This document shows positions 13,710-29,366 of a DNA stretch of 64,000 nucleotides, in pieces. Numbering within the stretch: the stretch's first letter is position 1; every line of letters starts with the position of its first letter. The DNA is from Pseudogymnoascus verrucosus (lineage: Eukaryota), in the NCBI GenBank assembly GCA_001662655.1, contig KV460214.1. One strand, written 5' to 3'. The position numbers were made by a program, and so were the translations under genes. A model generated the notes under the pieces. It worked only from the letters and a program-made list of their open reading frames with translations. It had not been told where the DNA came from and did not search any database.

Positions 13710-14885
13710 ATGGCCTTAAAAGAGGTTCCGTCGACATTTAGTCGCTTAGTCTTACGAGGCGCTCGCCCTTCTGTCCAAATACTCTCGCACAATGGCAGGC
13801 GTGCGGCCTCCAACGCCGCAACACCGGCTCAGGAGCAATCCGAGGATTTCCAGGACCTCGAGTCTCAATCGTCGTTCTTGACCGGCAAGCCGAGCCCGAG
13901 AGAGGTCAAATCGTATGATCCGATCAAGAGAGCGGAGTCGCGCAGGACACAACTCCCTCGCAGTCGGTATGGGTCACGAATCGGACTGGGCAGCTCAGAA
14001 TGCTAATTTGAATGTACAGATATCAATACAGGCCTCCACGATACTTCCGTGGACCTCTGCATCCACATCAACCGCCTCCAACCTCCGACCCAGCATCTCG
14101 TCTCTTCGTCCCAGGTCCATTCTCCACGCCCCGATTGGTCGAGACGTACCAGTCCACCGTCGCCGCAGACATCATGACCCTCGCATACTCCCACACACCT
14201 CCTGGAACTGTTAAGGAGCCGAGGGCAGATCGTCTGAGATCCTGGGACGACTCGTCTCCATACATGAAGAACAGACCGAAGCGTGGGCCCCGCGGTAGCG
14301 ATAACCTGAGGCTGCTCGAGAAGGAAATCAACTGGAGGACTATCCCGAAGATCAAGGAGGTGACTGTTCACTGCATGGTGAAGGAGGCAGCCGGGAGCTC
14401 GGGTCATCTGCATGTTGCCGGTATGATGCTGCAGGCTATCACCGGGGTGAGGCCCGAGGTCCACAGAGTAAAGCAGACCGTCCAGAATTTCGGTATTAGG
14501 GCGGATATGCCGATTTCTCTGACGTCCACCATAAAAGGAGATGCTGCATGGGAGTTCGTCGATAAGTGTGTCAACCTGGTCTTGCCTAAGATCAAAGATT
14601 GGCCGGGTGTCAACGGATCTTCCGGAGACAACAGCGGCAACATCGCATGGGGTATCGACAAGAACTCGGCGAACCTGTTCCCAGAGGTCGAGGTCAACTA
14701 CGATGTAAGTTTTATGTTTGACAGTGATATTATTCGTGCGCAGGACTGACTATCTATAGATGTACCCGCCAGCTTATATTCCCGGATTCCACGTTATTTG
14801 CAAGACGACCGCGACTTCCGACCGTCACGCTAGACTTCTCCTTAAGGCTCTTGGTGTACCATTCCATGGTAAATATGTGAACTAG
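13710..14885 (+). CDS. MRPL7: Mitochondrial large ribosomal subunit protein uL5m (54S L7), 3 exons
   Basis: Presequence-like N-terminus; IPKIKEVTVHCMV, LQAITGVRP, FVDKCVNLVLPKIKDWPG, SGDNSGNIAWG, LFPEVEVNYD, PGFHV...TTATSDRHARLLL L5-family motifs. Confidence 0.93.
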
Positions 14886-15275
14886 GGTGGTTGAACAGAT
14901 TTGTATGAATAGCATTGGGAGCGTTGATGTAGGCTATATGTATCTATATATCTATTAGAAAGGCCGAATAGACAGAGCCATTCACTGAATATACCTGAGG
15001 ATCCAATATTTGTTTATTCATAGTTATCATTATAATTTATTTACAAGGTTCAAAGATCCAGCAACAATGGCATGTCTCACAATAGTAATAAGTCAGACAA
15101 ATTAGATATGACAAGTGAAGGTGCATGATATTTTATCCTCTCGTTGTATCTTTATATCTAGCAGGTCCTGTCAACCAGGCAAAGGCCCTTTGACTTCTAA
15201 TGCCCATATGCCCTCATATGCACCGCCATATAACTCCCAAACGCCTTTTTCCGCTCTCGTTTATATATCTCAATC

Positions 15276-15929
15276 CTAAGCAGATTTCGACGCCTGCTCT
15301 CTCAAGTAATTGATAATCCCATCCACAGCATCCATATCCGCCGCATCCACAATCCCATAGTTCTTCTGTCCCTTATCCTTCATATCATCCACGAACTCAT
15401 TCATCGCCTCCTGATAATTCCTCAACCCCGAGCTAAGCGCATACACCGCCTTCCTCCTCACCTCCCTCGTCTCCTTCTCATTAATCGCCAAATCCACCAG
15501 CGGCGGGATGCCCCCCTCACCAAATAGCATCTTCTGGCTCTTCTCATTATTCTGCACCGCAGTCCCAATACACCACGCGGCCATCATGCGCAGGTCCGCC
15601 TCGTCGCTCGACAACAGGCTGATGAGCGGCTGCCACAGCTTCAGCGGCTCCATCAGGTTCGCGTTGTCGAGGTTCTCGATCAGCTGCTCGAAGTTGTCGA
15701 AGGCGATCATGCGCGCCTCCATGGTCATTTCGGGGTCGGTGGAGAGGATGGCCGACATGGAGTCTTTCATTAGGTCGGCTTCGGAGGGGCCGCCGAAGAG
15801 GGAGGCGAGGACTTCGGGGTCGAGGGTGCTGGTGCTGCGGGGGGGGGCGGCGGAGCCATCAGCGCTTGCGACGGGGGCGGCGGAGTTTTCGACGCTCCAT
15901 TTGAGGATCTTGTTGAGTTGGGGATTCAT
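15276..15929 (-). CDS. FES1: Hsp70 nucleotide exchange factor Fes1 (armadillo repeats), intronless
   Basis: MNPQLNKILKWSVENS, AFDNFEQLIENLDNAN, AAWCIGTAVQNN, VRRKAVYALSS. Confidence 0.95.
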   Translation of the reverse strand: MNPQLNKILKWSVENSAAPVASADGSAAPPRSTSTLDPEVLASLFGGPSEADLMKDSMSAILSTDPEMTMEARMIAFDNFEQLIENLDNANLMEPLKLWQPLISLLSSDEADLRMMAAWCIGTAVQNNEKSQKMLFGEGGIPPLVDLAINEKETREVRRKAVYALSSGLRNYQEAMNEFVDDMKDKGQKNYGIVDAADMDAVDGIINYLREQASKSA

Positions 15930-17503
15930 GGTGGCGGGGTTATAGAGGAGTTTGTGAGGTGAGGCTTGTGTGGTGAGGCTGTGGAATAATGTGTGAAATT
16001 CGCGGGACAAGGCTTGGTGGCTTTTGAGAAAAATCCAGGAACTGATAAGGGCGATAAGGATGCACGTGGAAACGTTGCACAGCAGCGGTGTCCAAAATGG
16101 CTGCCTAGGTAAATTGAGAATTGAGGATTATTGGTAGGCCGCACGTTATATTCTCGGCGAGGAAGGGTATAATGAATTGTTTGATTAAATTTGAAATTAT
16201 GTGAAATTATGTGAAATTCTGCTTTACCATATTATTTCGAAGCCGAATATCTCGTTCCTTCTTGTAGGTTCCGAGACATTCTGTACGTATACACGTATAC
16301 CCGTATACGGCGGTGGGTTGATGCCTGATGCCTGAGGCATTAAATAAAATACCTGGGTCGATGATGACCAGTTATTATACGATGGGTCTAACCCACAAAA
16401 CCAGTTGATTCAAAAAACGATGATGCGCCTTCAAAGTCCAATATAGGATTGACATACATACTTTAAGCAGCATTGACAATTCCCATAGCATCTAGCATCT
16501 ATGAACGGATCGTTATATGGCCTCGCGCTTTCATCTCGATATTGCGCTGGACCGCTTACTTTTGGACCTTACCCCACTAATGGCTGCCCCTCCCTTATCT
16601 AAATTAAGTGTTGGAGGGTCCGTGTAGCCCGTAAGAACAGCGTGCCATTTGTCCAGAAACGTGGTGGCAGCAGTTCGCCGACCGATGGCTGGGAAAACCA
16701 ACGATTCCCCCCCTCACTTTCTGTTACGGAAAGGTACATTTGTCCTCTCTTCCCCCCCACTTCCCCCTGCATTATTGAAGAATAGATGGGTGCCTCGACC
16801 AGGCCGACCATAAAGGGGATTAAGGAGGCAGGAGGCATCTGATCTTCCAAATCTTGAAGCCTCCTTTTATAGTTACACTGAACAATATATATATGGAGGG
16901 GTACTGTAAGACATGACGTTGCTCAATGGGCTGAGCTGTTAGTTGGGGCTGAACAGCGGTACAGTACAGTAATAGTACTCCCCTCCCTCCTCTCCGTCTC
17001 TCCCTCTTCTCTCTACCTACTGAGTTGGGGTACGCGCGTTCGTGGCAAAGTGTACAAAATGGTGCTGCCTGCTACGGAGATTCTTAAGGTTGGAAGCCTA
17101 AATGAAGTAAAATATGCTATGGTACAACGATATAAAACGTAGATATGTATGAAAGTGAATATTTTTTCAATTGTGCCATCATTCCCTGTACAATTTGTTG
17201 GCATTTGATCGGAAGAAACGTTGGTTACCCCCCCTTCTCCCTTTCTCCCCCAGCCTTCCCAAAAAAGTGTACTTACACTCTAAAGTAGGAGTAGGATCAA
17301 CCACCCAACTCCCCAGCCAGTAAAGCGGCAACTGCCCTTCTCGCCTAGCCCACACTACAACACTACTACAACATCGTCACGTCGCCGACGACTTCCTCCT
17401 TCCCTCTTGCCTCTATCTCTATTACATCAAGAACTCCTCCCCATCGACCACGAATTCCTTTTCGTGATCTTCATATATTCTTCACTTACTCTTATCGAGG
17501 AAG

Positions 17504-17566
17504 TGAGCTCTTTTTCGTACCTTTGCACATATTGCACATTTGTTGACGGTTCAACGTAATCCGCAG
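17504..17566 (+). other. Probable 5'-UTR intron of actin
   Basis: GTGAGC donor at 17504, TTGAC branch-like site, CCGCAG acceptor ending 2 nt before the ATG at 17569. Confidence 0.6.
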
Positions 17567-17568
17567 CC

Positions 17569-19215
<1,647 letters not shown>

Positions 19216-20136
19216 ATAAGGTTATTATTCGGTGGTCATTGCTGGTGGAGAGCCTTCCTCAAAATAGGTGAATATGCCTCGGATTTGATGCTTTCGGCGC
19301 GAGTTGTTCCGGACGCTTTGCTCCTCTTGTGATTTTAATGGCACAGCTCCATGGTGTAGTCAAAGCGCTCATAGAAGTATCAATGCAACAGTTCTCTAAA
19401 TATTGTGCTCTCTGGTGTGATTCTGTGTGTTCTATGTGTGCTAAATTGTCACTGAGAAATGGATTGAGGATCATGTGGAGGATGATGCTTCTGACCTTTG
19501 CTTCTGTATGCCTTCGTGCATAGCTGCAGCCCCTAGTCTCTACTCTATGTTTCGAAAACATAGGGGTTACATATAAAGCTCGAGGTGTGTTTGTAGTTTG
19601 AGAAGGGTGTAAAGTGTTGACGAAAAATAATTATGGCACCATGTACAGAGAAACATCATGTGAGTACATAAGGCATGGAATAGACCTATCTAAACAAATT
19701 GGCCTAGTATTATATTATTGGAAGCTAATATTATGAAGGAGGCCTCTTATATAGAGTGTTTATTACAAAGGAGTAAATAATTGTAGCTTGATTATTATTT
19801 TATATCTTTTATTATTTTTGCACACGTGAACAACAAACTCAAGTTCACTTCCTATTGCAACGATAAAGCCGTATTAATTCGCTGGTGGAACGTAAAATAA
19901 TTGCCATACTCAGATATCGAACATTTTGCTCCCAATGACACTGGGACCTATAGCTCTCGGGGTAGCTGTCATCGCCGCCAGCACACCTGCACTACTCGGC
20001 AACTCCCGTAACCCCATGCCACCTATGTAACGACCACCATAGCTTCACCACCGTGACGACGCCCCCAAACCAATCCAGCCTATTGCGCGCGAGAATTCCC
20101 ACTCGACATGCCCTCATCGCCGTAAAACACCCATCC

Positions 20137-23100
20137 ATGGCACAAAACCCCTACGCAGGCTTCAATGCCTCCGCCGACCCGTACACGCAGAGCAGCGACT
20201 CCCTCGCCGCCGCAACCCCAAACCCGCCGCGGGAACGCAGCCCGGGTGCAACACCAAGCACAGACGATTACGACCCGTACGGCGACAGATACGGTACCCC
20301 GCCTCTAGGCACACCACCACCGCAGCAGGCTGCGAATCGCGAGCAGCAGAGACGCGCGCCGCAGCCGCCGGGGCAGGGGCGCGCGGGGGGGTATGGTGGG
20401 TTCTATGCGCAGAGTATTGCTCCGGCGGGCAGCGCTGGGCCGTCGCCTAAGCAGCCGTTGCCGGTGCCGAGGGCGCCGCCGCAGCAGCAGCAGCAGGTGT
20501 ATGGGGGGAGGGATAATAGGTCGAGAGAGAATTTGCCGGCGCCGGGGCAGCAGGCGCAGAGGAGACCGTCGGATGAGTCGAGGGGGTTTAGGAATGGAGC
20601 GTCTGATGGTGGGAGTATGAGGCCGCCTGATGGGCCGGCGGCGAGGGAGTTTAGGAAACCGAGTATGGGGGAGAGATCGTACTCGGGTGGTCAGAATAAT
20701 TCGGTTGCGAGGGATAGAGAGAGAGCTGTTACGAGGGGGGGTGGTGGGAGTGGGACGAGGCAGATCGAAGGTTAGTAATGTTGTCTCTTCTGGAATGTTT
20801 ACCCCTTGCTTGGAGGAACACCCCCTTCATTGCCAAGGTGTATAACATGAAGCTACTCCTTGTTGTTAAGCTTCATGTTCAAGTTACTACTTGTTGCAAA
20901 GCTCCATGTCATCACGAAGGAAGAACTACAGGGCTAATCCGTGGTTCCGCGCAGATGTTCTCCAATATATCCAGTCCGAATGGTCCTTTATGGCGCAAGA
21001 CAAATGTGTACCGGTCCAGGTCGCGCTCCAGCTCATGGACTCGAGCTCCCTTGGCCGAGCGAACCAATACAGCGAGTTTCAAGCAACCCATAAGCAATTA
21101 CAACGAGCGCTGAAAGCTATTGTCAATGAACACCATCAGGGTTTCAACAGTTCGATCGGTACATTCCACAAAATCCAATCAAGCATACAATCGTCTCAGA
21201 CAAGGTTACGGCAACTGAGGGAATCATTGTCACAAGCTAAAAGTGGCCTGTCAACTACACGCCCAGAATTGAAGGGGTTGGCTTCGACTTCACAGGGTTA
21301 CGATGAGATGCTCCAATGCCTAGCCCAGATAGAGCATCTGCGGCTGGTGACAGACAAGCTGGAGGCAAGGATATCAGAGAAGCGATTCTTGACAGCGGTT
21401 GATGTGCTTCAAGATGCTCTCAGACTACTCAGGAAACCCGAAATGGACAATATTGGTGCCTTGAGCGACCTGCGGGCATACCTGGCGAACCAAGAGACGA
21501 GTTTGACGGACATCCTGATCGAGGAGCTGCATAGCCATCTATACTTGAAATCACCTTACTGTCAAGATCGATGGAAGGCCCATGTTAAGGAGATCAGCCA
21601 AGGCGCCAGCTCGGAAGGCCGTGACGCTTCTGTGCCTGAGTTACCACCGCTATACCATTTCCTCGACGAACTTGACACAGAAAACCCTATGGTGGAAGAC
21701 CCGACAAGGAACCCCGAGGCCGACAGCTTCTATTATATCCAATTACTTGTTGAATCGCTGAATAAAATGGATCGACTAGACGTCGCTGTGAACGCTATTG
21801 AGCAGAGACTACCTGTTGAGCTTTTCAGAGTTGTGGACAAGACCAATAACGAAGTTGACCGAAGACACCCCAATGTCTCCCGTGGCACTGGCAATAATCA
21901 GAAAAACCGAGTTGATCTTGGTATTGAGAATGATGATGTCAGGCACGTTGTTATTAGCGACCTACTGTGGACATTATATGCAAAATTCGAGTCTATAGCC
22001 GAGGGGCACCGCGTCTTCCACGATGTTGTCGTGGGAATAGCGAAGCGCGAGAACATTCGTGAACCGGAATCCCTGACGGGTAGTTTTAGAGAGTTGTGGA
22101 TGCTTTATCAAAACGAGATACGCTCCTTATTACATGACTATCTCGCGACAGATACCAATATCTACCGAATGAGCCAGTCGATTAGTCAAGATGCGGATGT
22201 GTTCAAACGGGGGCAGCGAAATAAGAGCAAGAAGATATTCAGCCTATCGGATATTGATCCGAAGTCATCTATCATGAATATTGAATTTGATGACCTGGAG
22301 TCTATCCTGAAGACATCTGTGCCGGGATTAGTTTCCGTTTCTAAACGCCCAACGGGCACTACATCGGACGACAAAGCTCCTAAAACCGATGGAGCTGCTA
22401 CTGGGCATAAATTACTGATTGACCCGAGCGTTTTCAATATGGGTGCCCTCTTACCGCCGTCTTTGGCCTTCCTGCAAAGACTTAAAGACATTGTGCCTCC
22501 GGCGCCAGAAATCAAGACGAAGTCGTTGACATCGTTCCTTGACGATTTCCTCGTCAACGTGTTCCTTCCTCAACTTGACGAGACATTGGTGAAGTTCAGT
22601 AGCCAAACATTCGAGGAAGGAGATGCGTTCCAGGAAGATCCTAAGTGGGCAGAAGTTGCACGACGGCCTATCCTCAAGGGGTGCTCAGCATTCTTTGATC
22701 TCATCACGGCGTTCTGTCGCATGCTGGACACCATTCCGCACGACCAAGCCTTCAGCCAGCTTATTATTACGCAGATGGTCAGTTATTATGACAGGTGCTG
22801 CGACTGGTACCAAGCGCTGGTGTCGAAAACCCAGGATTCAGAATCATATGGTCCATCCCTGAAAGCGTCGGCTGCCATCGCAATGGGGCCTGGCGAGATT
22901 CACGATACCGTCAAGAAGCTTTGGACGGATGGGGAGGAGAACCGCAGCCTTTTGGACAAAGAGAGTGGTCTTCTAATATTGCAAACAAATGAGAATCCTC
23001 TGGCTGACTCTGATATTATATTGGATCGGAAGATTATCACATCTCTTTGTCTGCTATATACGAGTATGAGGTGGCTGGCTAGCAAGATCAACCAGCTTCG

Positions 23101-23930
23101 GAATATCACGCATCATGACGCTGATTCTTCCCGACGGACAACAATGCGTGCATCACAAAGCCGTCGCTGGACTTTACTACAGGCTGCAGGAGGGCCTGGT
23201 GATAATGGCTCTGTATACCTACCGATGACACAAGAGACTGTTGTGTAAGTTCTATCCACTGATTTAAATGATTGTCTATTCTAACAGTTCTAGCGCCTTC
23301 GACTCAATCGTCTCGTCATACCAAGATCTCGCCGGCACTGTCCTGTTGAACCTGCACGTTGAGAGCCGATGCCAGATTGTGCAGACCCTCGCACTTGCCC
23401 TATCTCCCTCCAACGCACCTTACCTTTTGGAACAAGTCGTCAGCGACCCCGACCCTCGCATCTTATCCCTCAATGCCGAACTTGTCGCCTACGACGAGAC
23501 GACCAGCCACTACCTCCATGACAAAGAAATAAGCTTTCTCCGCAACGGCCTGGCCCTCCTCATTGACAACTACCTCGTCACCAATGCTGGCATGGTACAG
23601 CCCATGAATGCCAACGGCTGCGGACGCATGCAGCTTAACATCCTCGTCCTACAGCAGAACCTCAAAAACATTGAGCCGGATTCCAGCCTCACCCGCTCCG
23701 CAGACTACTACGACCTCTTCATGGAGGGCTCCGCCGCTGTGCTGGAGAAGGCCAAGGAGCCAAAGGGCAAGGATGGAAACCCAGAGTTCACCTACGACGA
23801 GCTGAAGACGCTGATTGAGCTCTGCTTCAGCGAGCAGATGGCCGACCCGGAGCGAGGAGTTAGCACTGTGGCAAAGCGGAATATGGGAGATCTCCTACTT
23901 CAACTCAGCGAGTATATGTGGCAGAGCTGA
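20137..23930 (+). CDS. SEC8: Exocyst complex component Sec8 (3 exons)
   Basis: Low-complexity exon 1 (20137-20770), then VPVQVALQLMDSSSLG, IVNEHHQGFNSSIGTFHKI, LIEELHSHLYLKSPY, NPEADSFYYI, MQLNILVLQQNLKNI. Confidence 0.96.
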
Positions 23931-25688
23931 TTTGATGGGACGTTGGTGTTGGAATCATTTTCAGGGGGAAGGCGGGCGTATGGGAACGGGTCACTTGGAT
24001 GGATACCTTGGCGGAATGATTGGGTGGGATTGTACAGTACATTATATATATCCGATGTGATATTTGGCAGGTGAGCTGGGCGTGTAATATCTATTGGAGA
24101 GCGGGCTTCATTCAGGATACAGTTAAGGACACAATACCAGGCAGGCGCTTCCTTCCCACCATCATCATGCAGAACTTCATATTATTTCCCATGCCAAACG
24201 CGTGCTCCACTCCGCGGCGTCGCCAAAACCATCAAACGGCTCGCGCCTTGATCAGTGCGACGGTGGCTGACACAGAGGCTGAGCAAACGCAGACGCACAA
24301 TCTATAATCCAGTACGCATTCCTTGGCGCCACAATAATTTAGCCCGCAACTTGCATCTCCCCTTGCCCAGCTGCTGTGTGGAGAACTTCCCTCGTCCTTC
24401 CCCTTCCATTTCGGCACCTCGAACTTCGAAATCACGTTACGTGACCAGGGTAGCCGAGCTAGCTTGTAAATTATAACTGGGACCACCACCGCCCCCCTTT
24501 GTTAGTGTACTTTTGTTATTCCCTTTGTTTCCCCTTTCGGCGCGCATCGTGGGGATTCTGAGGCCTTTGCCACGCTGATCTGAGATGGGTCCAGGCCGTG
24601 TGTGTATGCCGTTTGCTTGGTAGAGAGGAGGAGAGAAGCTGAGAAAATGGGGACGTGGTAATGGGGATTGGGGGGGGGGTGCGCATCATTTGCCGTTCCC
24701 AGTTTTTGCGTGCCGGGTTGGTATTTTTTTTGCAGGGCTAGGAGAATCGTATGAGGATCGTGAAAAAGGAATGCTTCATATGTTAGAATGAGAGGGAATT
24801 GGCAATGGAATGGTTCTGAAATGTGATCTGTAGGATATAACGTTGGGGTTTGAGAATAGCCCATCGCCGTTCTTGGATATAAAGCGATCTATACATAGAA
24901 CAGTTAATATATGGGTAAGTGAGTCGGGCAAGGAACGAAACCAGTTTTGGCCCTTCTCCCATACGCCAACACGCGGTATTAATCCTCATTTTCTGTAAAA
25001 TATATAAGTTGACAGAACGAACAAAACCCAGTAATAAAACCTGTCAGTGATTGAAGCATCAAGCATTCATCTGTTGTTCTCCCATACAGTACCAAGACCC
25101 TAAGAATAAATCGGCCTGTCCGCCTGTGGCTAATTGTAGGAGCACCCTGGTGTCCCCGTCCCCTTTAATCATCTACTCGTACCGCGTCGCACTGAGATGA
25201 AGCGTACTTCCAAATATTTATTTTGTTTCATGTGTAAACTCACTAAAGTATTTCGCTGCACCTTCTCATTTCTTTTTTATACATATTAGTAAACGTAGTA
25301 AATTACAGTATTTTGCAAGATTAAGTTCCTGAACGTTCCAGGTCGGACCGTTAGGTCGTTCCTCGAAACCCTGTTTAGCGCAGATTACCCTAATCGAGCG
25401 ATAGGTGGATAGGCACAGAGGGAAGGAGGAAAGGATACTATCTGTAGCCGACTTACTCCAAGTTCCAAACTCCTAAAGACGCGACACCCATGAGGACACC
25501 CTGAATCTCGATCTTTCACTAACTCCCCTCTCAATACAACACTCTTTTGCATCATTTACAGGAGGCGCGAGTAAGATTATCTGCCAGTCGACCAACGCCA
25601 TCACTGGCAGGCAATCTACGATTGAACGACTGGGTGTCCGCGATACCTCTCCCTCCATCAACAACCTCCGCTCCTGCAGCTCTTCCCG

Positions 25689-27465
25689 ATGGCTTCGTAA
25701 GCTCCACCCCATTCCTCATCCCCCATCTCCATGTCCTGCCTGTACTGACTTTGGCCTCTGCGATATAGGCTTGGATTCGGAAAAGCATTCCGATCTGCTT
25801 GGCACAGTCTAACAAGTTACGATCGCCGTACGCTCACCCCCGAATCCACCGTGGCTGCCGCGACGTTATGCTCATGATTTATATACAGATTCCGATTTTG
25901 ACTCCCCATATCGCACTGGCCAGCATGTACCACTCGCTCAGAGTCGACACGACCCCCTTACCTCCGTCGCGACCGATGGCTCCGAGTCTCGCGCTGATAT
26001 CTCATCCCCTTACCTCGACGACCAAGCGAGCTCAGCATCAGCGCTAAATGGCAATGCCTTCCCTCCGTCGCCCGCATACGCCCGGAACCCAGGGAACACT
26101 TCTCCATCGCCATACTCGCCTGGAATGAGATCGTCGTCAGCTCAAAAAAGACAGAATGACAACTTCGCGGAAAACACAAGCCCTGGCGAGATTCAGATGC
26201 AGGCCTTCCAGGAAGGGCTGCCACCGCCACCACCGGTTGCACATTCGTGGAGGAGGATGGATAAGTGGGCTGAGGAGAACTACGAGGAACTCTTTGAGGA
26301 GCTTGGAGAGGGATGCACAAGCAACGACTTGAACGACCTTGAACACCAACTCGACTGCTCTTTGCCAATGGACGTGCGCGAGTCTCTACAAGTCCACGAT
26401 GGACAAGAAGTGGGCGGTCGACCGACGGGAATGATTTTTGGCTGTATGTTGCTTGATTGTGAGGAGATTGTACATGAGTGGAGGAATTGGAAAACGGTTA
26501 ACGAGCAATATCTCAATGCACCATCAACATCCGGGCCCACGACACCGGCCACAGCTCTTGGGGGAAGCTCATCAGCAGCACCCCCGAAGAAGCCCCAGCA
26601 GCCACAAAACCCAATGTGGCGCCAGGACCTCCTCGCCAAGCAGGAATCGCAACCCCCAGGAGCAATCCAGAGAGTCTATGCACACCCCCGTTGGATCCCG
26701 TTAGCTCGTGATTGGGGAGGAAACAACTTGGCTGTGGACCTGGCGCCTGGCCCTACCGGAAAATGGGGTCAGGTTATCCTTTTCGGTCGCGACTACGACT
26801 GCAAATACGTTGTTTCTAGATCATGGGCATCATTTTTGGCGACTGTCGCCGACGACATGAACAGCGGCAAATGGTTTATCGACGAGGACACGAACGAGCT
26901 GAAGCTTCGTGAATTCAAGACATCGCATGTTGAGCCCGGCTACTTGGATATTCTCAGATGGAGATCCGATCAAAAGTACGGCCGCAGAGGTCCAAGGAGG
27001 CGGCCGCACAACGGGTCTGCTAAGGGTGCTGGATCTCCTACAGGCTCCCCGTACGATAGCCCGGTTGCCGAGATTGGCGAGCCACGAGGACGATCCATGC
27101 AAAGATTCAGCGGCGCTTCTCCCGTGTCAAGCCCGAACAGGCCCAACTATCCAAAGTCAAGCCCCCTATCGAAAGTCGCGGAGGAAATCCCATCGGCACA
27201 AGTCGCCTCCCCGCTGCAGGGCGTCGTGAACACAGATGTGTCCAGTTCCAGCAAACCTCTTGTTGAAATTGGAACTCCCCGAGCCAGTGACGAGGAGAAG
27301 CGCATTAAGGCCATGGAGTCCCTGTTAGACCCGCCTCCGACCAAAGACGACAAGGAGAATGTGAAGGCGGATAGCACATCGGCCGCAGACTCCAAGTTGA
27401 ACGGCAACGCGACCAAGCAGGCAACGGTCGAGGACGACAGCGTCATGAAGACCATTGAGATATGA
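25689..27465 (+). CDS. SMI1: Cell wall assembly / beta-1,3-glucan synthesis regulator Smi1/Knr4 (3 exons)
   Basis: Spliced start MASLGFGKAFRSAWHSLTSYDRHSDFDSPY; SMI1/KNR4 core LDCSLPMDVRESLQVHDGQE, YAHPRWIPLARDWGGNNLAVDLAPGPTGKWGQVILFGRDYD. Confidence 0.95.
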
Positions 27466-28278
27466 TTATGAGATGAGGAATTGCTTCTAGTCCAATAGAT
27501 GCAACCAACGGCGTACTGGGATCGCTGCAGCTGCTGCAGTTTTAATGGGGGTTACATATCGCATATGCACCACGGCCAGTTTTCACTGGCAGTGATACAT
27601 ACATGAAGCAACGGCGGAACCTTGATTGGCCTTGACGGTTTACTGGAGTCACCATAGTCGGAAAGACGTTTTTCCCTGAATTCACATCATCTTCTGTTGT
27701 ACCATAGAACTCGACGTTTCATTATTTCTCTTCTTCGAGGCAGCAGCGCGCTTTGGCAAGCACTTCGCTGGGTAATCAGTTTAGGGGCAATGAGGCAATA
27801 TGGGAGGGGGACTTTTTTCGCAACCCGGTTTGTGCATGTCGGATTAGATCAGTGTGTAGCATTGTAGGAGTGGGGCGCAAGATTGAGGGCAGCGGCTGTC
27901 TTTGAATTCGATGATGAATAGTTGATAAACGCGATTATCATTTGACGTGTAAATGCCTGTTAATTTGATTGTGAGAAGTGCTTCTTAATAACAGGACTGG
28001 TTGTGAGCCAAACCGTCACCAAAACTATGTCGGCACGTGACTTGTGATTGACGCCGAGAGACGTCGTCACCAATAGCTAGGCGGGCGGATCATGGCGGTT
28101 CAACCTATGATCAAACGACAACCGCCGTAACATCAACACCCACGAATACCACCCAAGCGACCATTATCTCCGCTAGCGAGGTGAAGCATATTAGATTCCT
28201 ACCAAGGCTCAGGCCCAGTCACTTCTAATCTGCGACTCCCAAACCACAAACAACGAGCAGGCGCTTACTGTTGCGACG

Positions 28279-29024
28279 ATGTCTGAAGAGAGGCTCTGGA
28301 AGTTCCAGATCCCGGAATGGGTCAATAGCTCCATGGTGCGGAGCGCGGGCGTGTATGCCGCTGGGGGATTGGTGAGTTTATCTACAGCTCCTCTATAGCT
28401 TCAAACGCTATGTCTTCGATCTCGTCGAGACCATCCGGGTTGCGAGGATCCCATCCAGATAGCGGGCAAGCGCTCTATCTTTGGAGATATACCCACTTCC
28501 TCACAACTCCATATAGTTCCTTCGACTCAAGCTAACTCACTACCCCTAGTTCTCCCTCGCCTTCTACATCCTCCTCGACGCAGCCGTCTACTCCAAGTCC
28601 CCCCTCAACGGCTCCCTCCACACCCACATCACCTTCATCGACTGGCTGCCCTTCATCTTCTCCACGCTGGGCATGCTGATCATCAACTCGATCGAGAAGT
28701 CGCGCCTCTCCGCCGACTCGTTCTCGTACTCCGGGTCTGGCGTCGCGTGGAAGGCGCGCGTTGTGCTGTTCCTTGGATTTGCTTTCCTTGCGGGCGGCAT
28801 GGCTGGAGGTGTTGCCGTGTTCGTCATGAAGTATATTGTGCCGGGCGTGCCGTGGCCGACGCTTGGGATGGGGTTGGCGAATGTGTTGGCGAATGCCGGG
28901 GTGATGCTGAGGTGAGTTTCTTGTGCGTGATGATTTAATGGGTTGGCTAATTTGTGGTAGTTCCGTGCTGCTGTGGATTTCGCAGAATATGGAGGATGAG
29001 TATGCGTATAACCTGGCTCTGTAA
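28279..29024 (+). CDS. VPS68: Vacuolar protein sorting 68 / UPF0220 (TMEM50-like) membrane protein (3 exons)
   Basis: RSAGVYAAGGLFSLAFYILLDAA, ITFIDWLPFIFSTLGMLIINSIEKSRL, AWKARVVLFLGFA, SVLLWISQNMEDEYAYNLAL*. Confidence 0.92.
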
Positions 29025-29366
29025 TGGAGGGGTTTGCACGTGGTGGGTAGGCTGGGGACGTGTGGAGGGGCTACGACGGTGATGGGATTGATGTCAGTTT
29101 TTATTGCGAGCATGCTTGTAACATAGACAATCTCTAATGGGAATTGGAACCTTGATTATTATGTCTATGTGGCTATCCTAATTGGAACTGGGCCTGGCAT
29201 CTGTGACCTGATTTCCATGCGGCTTCAACACCTTTCCCCTGGGTGTGGTTACATGCAGGGCCCCAAGAGCTGCCATATATGCCTGGGGTCTGAAAGTCTG
29301 GGTATGACAGTATATGAGCTGTCTATGTTTGGTTGAGATGGGGTTGTATATCCAAGCCCAAATCAC

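Noticed and set aside
15930..16300. Heat-shock elements upstream of FES1
   Set aside because: No properly phased nGAAn triplet; only a short TGAAATT repeat near 16192-16218.
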